DNA of 20,000 bases from Catajapyx aquilonaris (taxonomy: Eukaryota): assembly GCA_000934665.2 (NCBI GenBank), contig JYFJ02001718.1:51089-71088 (forward strand), in the 5' to 3' direction. The notes under the pieces are model-generated. The model saw nothing but the letters and a program-made list of their open reading frames with translations. It had not been told where the DNA came from and did not search any database. Of the stretch, positions 10,623 through 20,000 are shown in pieces; the stretch's first letter is position 1, and every line of letters begins with the position of its first letter. The position numbers and the translations under genes were made by a program.

Positions 10623-12659
10623 ACTTATACGAAGCGTGAAAAATTCATACTTTTCTCGTGTTATTATAACTAATTTTTAGTGTAGTTGCAACATTATCCC
10701 AGGAATTATTTTACTAGGGTCTTTGCGGGTGTGATATGGGCGGGATTGGATGTTTCCTGAGAAAAGTACGTATTTAAAAAAAAAGTTTGCGAAATATGCA
10801 CTGATAAAGTACACTCAATTGACATCATTTCCATTTGAGAAAATACCATGTGTGACGCAAGGATCAAACTAGTGACCTCAGAAGGGATACATTGTGGCCA
10901 CCACGTCTTTCCTGGAATACCCTTGGTTTTGAACCTCGAATAGATATGGGCTTGGTATCATATACATGGGACACTCCTGGGAGTATTTTTTGTTGCTTCA
11001 GTAGTAAAGAGCATGTCACTGTACAGTGCAAAACGAAGAATATATTAGTAAGTTCGTATAGAGATACAGTAGTGTGCATTTGCAATGGGAACTGACTTAC
11101 ACATAACAGTAGGCCTACTGTTAAGAAGCAGTAGTAATAATATCCCTGAGACGAGCCTGTGTGAAAGTGACGCTGGAGTTAAGTGTCTGGCACGCAAACA
11201 ACGAACAATATAATTATTATTTCGGTAGAAGGCTTGCATAATTATTATGATGGAAGTTTTCCAGTGTACGCGGAGTCAGAGGTTGGGAAAGGTTATGGGT
11301 AGGTTAAATAAAGGTTACAAATTTATGGCGCAGTAGGAACCGTAGGAATGTGCAATGATTTCTGCAAAGTGCAAATTTTCTAAACAGATCTGTTGGCCAC
11401 TACATAAGATAATATGACTGGTATAAGCTACAATTTTGTAATTTCAGTATATATACACTGTATATCACAGTATTATTGTTCCAAAGTTTTCAGATGTAAT
11501 GGAACCAAATAATATTATCAGTTTCTTGAGAATATATTTTCTCGATTACACAATCATGTTCATGATACCTTCAACAAGTAACACCGTATAAGATTATGCT
11601 GTAGCCCTATATATTACGCTACGCATAAAAATCTGTTTGTAAGTTTAGACCTAAATTGAAAGCTGTGTATCATTGCGGCTACGTCGAAATTTGCGATTTT
11701 TTTTTGGAAATGCCATTCAGTCGAGTGACACTTAGTTGGGCATGACATCATAATTTAAAATAAATATTTATGGAGAGAATATATGTACACATATTTCCGC
11801 ACGTCCTCAATAACTTTTAGCAAATTGCATTTAATTGTTATAACTGATACGCAGCAGCTTAATAAGAAGAGGCTTAGTTAAAAATCGCTGAAACATTCAC
11901 TTCAATTTTGAAACACTGCATAGCATGCGAAAGAACAATCGTATACAGGTGCAGACATGGCGTGAGAGGAAAATTCACTGTTATTAAATTACTGGCCGCA
12001 ATTGCTCTTGAGCTCTTCAACATGAAATCATTTTAATTGAAATGTTGCGCGTAATTACGTGAATGGCGCCACTTGAAAGAATTTGTTGAAAGAGCTCTGT
12101 CTGGGTGTTGATAAATGGCGATTGTACTCTCATGACTTACTGTACATGAACAGACATCAGTTGCAGATTAAATATTTTTCGTTCACCTTCTTATACTTGG
12201 TACAATAATAAATTATGTAACTTATGCCTATTATTAAGTACACATGATAATGGTTTTGAATAGAATCTTTCTGGGGCTATAATATAGCATTAAATATCAG
12301 TCCCGAAAAATGTAAAATAATAATTGCATCATTGTGCAACAAGTTTCTCGGAAGAAAGTTTGGATACGGCTTAAAGGAATGACATTGGACTAGGACAAGT
12401 GTTATTAATATTTCGTACTGAAAAGTATTTTTGCATCTCAGCAGTTCACGCAGGAGAAGATATTAAGTTATATCAAGAGCTATGATAGACCTCTATACCA
12501 TTTTAAGAGCTTAATTCCGGGTTCCTATTGTTGTCCTTCGAACACTTAAATATGCAATTATTTTCTCAGACTGGAAGTGACCTTCTTTAAAACATGTCAA
12601 TTAATTATGACCTCAGCTTTAAATGACGCAGCACTTTGGAATAATTGTTTTTTTTTGTC

Positions 12660-12693
12660 TGTGTGTATGTATGTGTGTGTGTGTGTTTGTGTG
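12660..12693. repeat. Imperfect (TG)n microsatellite
   Basis: TGTGTGTATGTATGTGTGTGTGTGTGTTTGTGTG, read directly. Confidence 0.8.
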
Positions 12694-12971
12694 GACTGGC
12701 GAATTTTTCTGTGAAACATACAATATCCAATAAAAGTATTTTGGGATGCGAATTATACAGTATACGGTTTATTATAGATAATTGCATTAAAATATATGTC
12801 CATGTAATGACTAAGGCTGTCACGTCTAAAAATGGAAACAGGCTACTACTTATGATGGAAAATTGATTTCATGATTGACTTTGTCAACTGTATTGTATAG
12901 TCAACGCCTCCGAGGATGTTGAACCGTTTCAGCTGCATTCTGTCTGGCCAGTAGTATCTTCATGTGCCTCA

Positions 12972-14956
12972 TTATGTGCGCAAACAAGCCATCTTTTTCC
13001 CATATAGATATACCATTTTAGAGATTCCGATATCCTGAAAAAATGAGTCAGTGTCATCGTAAAGATAAAATACTATATTCTTGTATCAAAGTGCAATTAT
13101 GTCTAAGTTATTTTCCAAGGAAAAAAAGGAGTAGTGACTTTCATCCAAACACGTTGAATATAATTATTTACCTTGCTGCTTTTTCGCTTGTAGGACTCTC
13201 TATAAAAATTGTAGAAGAGTGATAGGATGGTTACCCCCAACGGTAGGGCCAAAATTCTCGTAAATTTGGGATAATTGCATTCGATGAAATACAACTGGAA
13301 TTCATGGACCATCAATAATATGAACTGACCCTGTAGAGAGAAAAAAAAGTAGTGAGTAAATAACATAAGACTGTTAGGGCAATAAATAAATTGGAGATAT
13401 TTTTTTTTAAAAAAAGGGCATCCGTCCGAGAAGTCATTTAAGGAAAAGTAAAATAACTGCCCATTACGTTATTTAGGTCAGAAAAGTTTTGAGAGACATT
13501 CCTTAGTTTTCACAAAATTATTTGGATTGTCTATGAATAAATTTTGAGAATAAAATATTAAGCTTACATTATAATTTGATGAAATTTAATAAAATTGGAA
13601 GGTATATTATTCTGAATTATGTTATTGAATTATTATTTTAAAGTAACATTCAATCGATAATGTTGGGTTCTCTTCCACGTGGAATAAGAGTGAAAATAGG
13701 CTTAAAATAATTATTCAGGTGCAATACTGAGTCACAAATTACGTCACCATTTGCAGTGCAGTCAGGTACTTTTTCCACCACAAATATTTGTGGTAGCCCA
13801 GTCCAGCCAGTAAGTAGTAAGTGTACATGAGGATGTGAATGAAGGAGTTGCATATGATCAGTAGTGTCCAATGTCCACCTGAAAAAGTAAATGCCGATAA
13901 ATTCGCATTAGATTGAAGATAAGTACAGTTATCTAGTACAGCAGACAGCATATGACTTTACCTCCGATGAATCTGACGACATACCACGCCCAAAATGGCG
14001 TAGATATATGGTGGTACACATGCAGGAAGCTGACTTGCCCATAGCTCTTTCTCAGCACAAAAAATACCTAATCATCAGATATGTCCATATTAGAGCTCAC
14101 TCATTACGATGTACGTCGTAGAAACTGTTGCGCAATGAACTCGAGTCCTTACCGTGTCTAGCCAATCCACATATTTGGCGAGGAGGTACCACCAGCATGC
14201 ATACACCATCTGTAAGAAGAGTTACTTGAAGTACTGTATAATAAGCTACTGCCCAAGTTGAAGGTCCCATCAGTGGGAACGAAGAAACGTTGATTGATTT
14301 TGTCTCATTGCCACATTGTGTATAAATAGTGTGATAATATGAACAGCATTTCCACCTACCCTCATCGCCTTCGGATTCCTGGAGAAATCACTTGGTTGGC
14401 ACATGAAACTGTAACCGTTGAACCATCCTCCTTGGACACACTGCAAATCAGATCAGAAATCATGGCTCAAACTGACAACACCCCCAAAAAATGTGCTAAC
14501 CAGAGCAACAATCCAGGAATTCAACAGCACTTGAAACGCGTTGTAGACCATCAGCGTCTTCTGAAGTTTCATAGGTTGCTTCTTGGTCATGTATCTCGGT
14601 AGGGCAAAGCACACTGCAAACAGGTAAACCATGGCTGGTCCCAAGATGACAAAGGCACTTGCCATCAAAGGCAGCTCCAAGAAGCGAGGATCTAAAATGA
14701 TTTCAAAATCAAGTCAGTAAATGACCAAATTACATAGAGGCATATTTCCTCCGCGAAAACCAGTTTCACCAATATGCAATGTGACAATATTTGATTTCAG
14801 ACATAATATTATGTTAGATTCTTTTAGTGCTGTCAGACTTATACAATAGTTTAAAATACGCACAGTACCTTCATTGTCGTATAAGATGTAGTCATATTGC
14901 TTTATGACAAACGGAACCAATGTTGTCTCATTACTCGCTGCTGTCATGTACTCCAT
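12972..14956 (-). CDS. Fatty-acyl elongase (ELO/ELOVL family), paralog 3, 291 aa
   Basis: Exons (minus): 14869-14956, 14501-14691, 14360-14440, 14153-14209, 13962-14067, 13748-13878, 13172-13330, 12972-13034 (876 nt). Motifs: [56 protein letters not shown]. Ends ...[10 protein letters not shown] strong 5'UTR acceptor ends at 15016. Confidence 0.95.
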
Positions 14957-16608
14957 TATTATGACTCAAACTGCACCGTATCTTTCTAGGTACTGAACCA
15001 GAGGCAAAGAAGTGTCTGGATAAAAAAGAAAACTGTAATACCCTGAAAAAATGTTGCAAGGTAGAATCTATTATAAACGTTCGAGTACATCTTGAGTAGT
15101 AAATTATACAATTAACGGCTGACGTAAAATGAAATGGCACCTCTTTTTTCGGAATGCGTTTTTATTGTGGGCGGAGTTGGTATGTGTACAAAGCTAATAT
15201 GGGTGTGTTATGCGGTATGTGATCGTGACTTTATTTGTGGGAATTTTTAAGCCAAAATTGCATTCCTGGCTGTGAGATGAGAGATGAAAAAAAATGCAAT
15301 ATAAAGAGGAAGTACAAAATTTTAGAGTAGATGAACGCTGAGAAGGCCGTCCTTGCTTAACCTGATGATGCAATTAGCGCTATGATTGGTGATATGGGAA
15401 TTATTCTTTTCAGAGAACAATAATAATTATTTTAAGCAGTTGCTTCGGAACGTTTCCTCATATCAATACAGGTAAGTATTAACTGCTAATCTTAGGCCAA
15501 TCATTCATCAATAGAGTGAACAGTGAAGGGCTCTAATTTTACGATATGTGCAATATACACAATATCAGAAACTTCTCTTGGAATTACTAAGACTAGATGG
15601 GAATATTATTACATTATTTTGTAGAACTGTAAGCTCTAAAATGGCATGCAGAAACACTGCAACTGTGATTTTTTTTTCTTTAAAAACATGACGTAAATTC
15701 GGACATGCAAAACCTACGTCAAAGGCTGATGGAAAGATTCATGATTCACTGTTGAAGTTCCGGGTATTGCAGACTTGCGAAAAAATTTGCTCTTGACCAG
15801 TAACTTAGTGTTTTTGCTAACTTATTTCATTGATATCATTTATTAGGAAACTCCATTTCAAATACTTACAGCTTTTAATTTTTAAAAAAACATTTGCCAT
15901 CATATTTTGCTGTAACATTTTCATTCATGGCTGTATCAGCGAATGTTACGTGAATGGACCGAATTATTGCCATAGTGCGCAATTGGTATTCATTAATTAA
16001 ATCGCTCTAATTGGGGAATGTCGTTGTAATTAAACTATTCCCATCAATACCGGGCGTGTAACAGGGCGAACGTTAGTCAAAAAGAGAGACAGGGAAGACA
16101 ACTTTCCATACGCGGGATATACCGTACAGTACCATCTCTTCATAAAATAATAACATATTTAACACTGTATCGTCAACAATATATTATTACAAAGGTATAA
16201 TACTCGTATTGAGGACGCATCTTGTACAGTACAGTTATACCTCATACATTCGGTATAAAACTTACAGATGTCATTATCTTGAAGCAATAATTATATTATA
16301 AGCTCTTATACTGTGTAGGATTTTAACAGAGATTTTAACAGATCCTTGAAGGGGTATTCCCATCAACAAAGTTTTCGTGCATTTACAGTTGTTCGTGCAG
16401 GTGTGGTGAAATTGCAACATGCAGAAACACGTCAGAATAATGATGTAGTGTCACGGAAAGCTTAAAATGATTAGTTTAAAATGATTAGTTATTCTCATTT
16501 AGCAAATCCTACTGTTGCTAAACTCGTGTTTTTTTCGCAATACATCTCATCCCATCCATTAGAGGTCTACATAATATTTTTGATAACTTGACCCATATGT
16601 TATGATCT

Positions 16609-18006
16609 TCACGTTTGTAGACAAACAAACTTTCTTCCCTGTTGATAAGCCATTTCCACCGCTGTCATTTTCTGAAAATGGTCGGCATTAGTTCCATTAA
16701 AACGTCCTAATAATTTAACACATTTTCACTATTACCTTTAAATCTTTTTCCAAGTATGCCTTCATGTAGAAATTGACAAATAGGATAATTATTGATGGCC
16801 CCAAGGGAAGTGTCAAAAATTTTGTCAACTGCGCAGCGGAGCATTCATTGAAAAACGCCTGCAGCTGATGCATTATTATGACGACGAACTGAATCTGAAC
16901 AAAACGACATTTTTGTATCAATTGTATGTAGTCTCAGCTATAAAATAGTGCATACTGAGCACAATGTAAGTTTGTTACCATCTGCATGAGCGTTAAGTAT
17001 TTCTTCCACCAGAGGAAATTCTTGTATCCCAGAGCAGCTAACAGGTAATAAGTGTACATCAGTACATGAATGAAGGAGTTGCATAAAATGACGAAGGTCC
17101 AGTGTCCTCCTGGAAGTTCAATCAACTATTTACATAACTTGGTCCATTATTGTCGAACCAAGTTCATTATATTTGTCAGCTTACCTCCCGTGAACCTGCA
17201 GATATACCACAACCAAAATGGCATCGATATGTGATGATAAAGGTGAAGAAAGCTGACTTGTCGGAAACTCTTTCGTAATACGAAGAATACCTGCAGACTG
17301 CAAATGTCAGTGCCAAAATATTTAGCTCTAGTTTTTTCATACCCACCGTATCAAGGAAATCCAAATATTTGGAGATAAAATACCACCAAACAGCTTCCAC
17401 CATCTGCAGGCAAAGGGAGTAAATTTAAGTATGAAAAAATTTGAACGGTCATTATCACGAGTCAATCTGGTTTGTAAATAGCACATCACCATCAATGCTT
17501 TAGAGCTTCCTGAGAAGTCTCCAGGCTGGCACGTGAAGCTGTAGCCGTTGAACCAACCTCCTTGGACACACTGTACACGAAAAAAAAACCGTGTCACCAC
17601 ATCATGCTGCTAGAGCATTCAAAAACATGGACTGACCAGGTAAATAATCCACACGTTAAGAATCACTTGAAACTGGTTGTAGACCATAAGCACTACTCGG
17701 AGCTTGAAGGGTTTCCGCCCCATCATGAACTTCGGAAGAATGTAACACACCAGAAAAAAATACGTCACTAACGATCCAACAATAAGGGTCACACTTCCCA
17801 TCATCGGCAGCTTTGTGTAACGAGGGTCTGTAATGAAGAAAAAAAATTGCGACATAACAACCACGCACCATTACATGAAATTAAACTGTTGCATTATTCC
17901 AGTACTTTGGATTGCACTCACCTTCATTCGCATAGAGCAGATAATTGTACTGCTGAATAACGTAACTGACCAAATTGGTAGAATTTTCTGTTTCCATTAC
18001 TTCCAT
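16609..18006 (-). CDS. Fatty-acyl elongase (ELO/ELOVL family), paralog 4, 290 aa
   Basis: Exons (minus): 17922-18006, 17637-17827, 17490-17570, 17347-17403, 17185-17290, 16979-17109, 16736-16894, 16609-16671 (873 nt). Motifs: [56 protein letters not shown]. Ends ...GRKFVCLQT*. Confidence 0.95.
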
Positions 18007-19283
18007 CGTGTGGCTGGTTGCTTCTTACACAGGTGTACGAGCACTAATGGGCCACTAAAAGGCATGCCCACTTCCGCTTTGCCCTAAAGAGTCAGTCACG
18101 AAAAAGGCAATACGTGTATAGAGAGGGTCATGGTATCAGATTCTCCAGACATGCATGATCCCAGTGGCGTTATTTTGCCAAAGAGCAATTGCACTCAGTG
18201 GGAAAATGTGTCGTAATTTATCATTTTTGAGGGAATCTTTTCCCAAACCTTGAGCTTGATTGCACGAACTTGACGCGCAAATAAGGTTGTGTAATGCAGG
18301 GCAGCGTAAAGTCCACGATTTCTAAGAATGAAGAGATAATACGATGCCACTACTGTGATATCCCTTTTAATGAACTGATAGTTTCATTGTTGATATTGTT
18401 GACAGTGATGATGTTAATAAAATTCATTATCTTTTCCACAGAAGCTGCATGGATCTGGTCTATGGACTCTCATTATGCACTCGATGGGCTCGCCTGAGAG
18501 AAAATAATTATTAGTCAGTTTGCATTCAAAGGTACATATGGAAAGGTCTTGGCAAAAATAGCTTTCCATAATATGCAAAAATGAGTGTAGGTCGTTTTAT
18601 TTTCTCGAGTCCAGATTATTCCCTGCTGCTGGCACTCGAAATGTGATTTGTATGCAGATCCTTGTGTATGCATTTCCCTACTATGTGCTTGCCTCTCAGA
18701 TTGATAAATTTCCAGTACTATTAGTCATTGAACAAAAATCTAGTTACCTGCCTTTTCCATCACATCGATAATGTCTCAAATGGTTAACAGTTTGTGACTG
18801 ATTACCGTGATTGGTATAGCTCTTTATTTGTGTGATTGTGACATGTCAATTACATTTTTCGATATACCATTGCAATATAATTATGAAATCATGGGTCTGG
18901 TTGATTTTCTGACTCAAAAATAGGACTTCGTTTGGTGATTGGTCTTATATAATTATAGGGTTGTCATTTCTCAATAATAATGGCATGCAGCTACAAAAAA
19001 AACAATATTTTCTGAAAAGCTCCTGGGTATTTCAAACCCTCGTTTATTTAAATCGCCGGAAGTAAATTATATGTCCTTTTAAATCCACTTTTAATAATTA
19101 GATAATGGAATCATGTTTAAAAGAAATATACCAAGCCTTTAAAAATGGACTTTAGTCAAAATGAATTAGTAGCACCGATATTTTACATATTATGCTTTCT
19201 TGAAATGAGAAGGAACAACCATAGCTATGATGTTTTATAATCCTGCAGTGGAACTACTACTTCCAAGAGGTGGGTATCTACTG

Positions 19284-19589
19284 GTGGCTGGTAGGCGAAT
19301 GGTTAGCGTCGCCTCTTGCTGGTTCTAAGGACCCACGTTCGATCCCGGAGAGTCGCGACATTTTTTTCTTCTCTCTCCATTAAATGTGTGGGATAGAAGT
19401 TGCAAATGTAATAAAAATACCGCCTGTCCTGGGAAGGGGGTGGAGAGGGGGAAACCAGGAGACACTTGAAAGAGACATGAAGGTATAGAGGCCAACCCTA
19501 CACGAAATTTTGCCTATCTAAAATGGCGTCGACGATCTGCGCATCTCCACCCACAGCGGAAGAGGGCGGGGATTTATTATTTTATTAAT
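19284..19589 (+). mobile_element. tRNA-derived SINE-like element (or tRNA pseudogene plus flank)
   Basis: Pol III box-A-like TAGGCGAATGG (19292-19302) and box B GTTCGATCC (19337-19345). GTGGCT/AGTCGC can form an acceptor-like stem with G-U pairs, but the anticodon and T arms are poor. A GC-richer body ends in a TTA-rich tail at ~19574-19589. Confidence 0.6.
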
Positions 19590-19845
19590 CCATAGAGCAA
19601 TGCTACGAAACAGTGATGCCGAAGGTCCGTCCTGATGACCACAAGGAGGTCACCACTCGCCTACGTCACATTCACACTGATACCAGCCAACAGGGACTGC
19701 TACATTTGGCTAGGGGCATCATAGAGAGATTATACTGTATATCCATGTACTGTGCTCTGTACAGTCTCATTACGAAAGCTCCGACAGATGGAGACTGAGG
19801 TAGTAGGGCCTGCCTCTGACCAAAAACCTAACATTAGGGCCTTTC

Positions 19846-19858
19846 AGGTCAAAGGTCA
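19846..19858 (+). promoter_or_regulatory. Perfect DR1 nuclear-receptor element AGGTCA-A-AGGTCA
   Basis: Exact 13-bp DR1 consensus (HNF4/COUP-TF-Seven-up/RXR-USP class), ~1.85 kb upstream of the elongase-4 ATG. Function is inferred. Confidence 0.5.
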
Positions 19859-20000
19859 GCCTGCAACAAACCATTGAAAATGACCTTAAAATTGTGCCGA
19901 ATCATTTGCATATGCTGGTTATTTTATTGGACCTATAGTTAAATTTCTGGGAGCTAATAATTGTGGGGGTGATAGGTTTGAGAATGGAACTCCCTGGTAT

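Noticed and set aside
16319..16492. Two short two-copy tandem duplications (GATTTTAACAGA; AAAATGATTAGTT)
   Set aside because: Ordinary slippage duplications with no spacers; not CRISPR-like.
19284..19357. Functional tRNA gene
   Set aside because: The anticodon and T stems pair poorly; better explained as a SINE head or pseudogene.

Overview
This is AT-rich, intron-containing eukaryotic DNA, most likely from an insect. It holds a compact lipid-modification cluster: four tandem ELO/GNS1/SUR4-family (ELOVL-type) fatty-acyl elongase genes on the minus strand, and one plus-strand integral-membrane acyl-CoA desaturase (SCD/Delta9-type 'first desaturase' family, 6 coding exons, ~388 aa). The desaturase lies between the first and second elongases. 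I rebuilt every gene by hand from GT-AG splice sites. The elongases share one 8-exon structure (internal exons 191/81/57/106/131/159-162 nt) and all reading frames are intact; the last exon of elongase 1 lies beyond the left edge. The main points of interest are: (1) the physical elongase+desaturase cluster, a candidate cuticular-hydrocarbon/pheromone gene cluster; (2) all three complete elongases end in a CaaX-like C-L-x-x tail instead of the usual di-lysine ER signal; (3) the desaturase is divergent at positions lining the substrate tunnel and may have alternative N-terminal exons; (4) a perfect DR1 nuclear-receptor element and HNF4-like sites lie upstream of the cluster. Repeats include a long-inverted-repeat MITE in an elongase intron, a tRNA-derived SINE-like element and an (ATC)17 microsatellite. 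All functional statements are inferences from sequence; no database searches were run.
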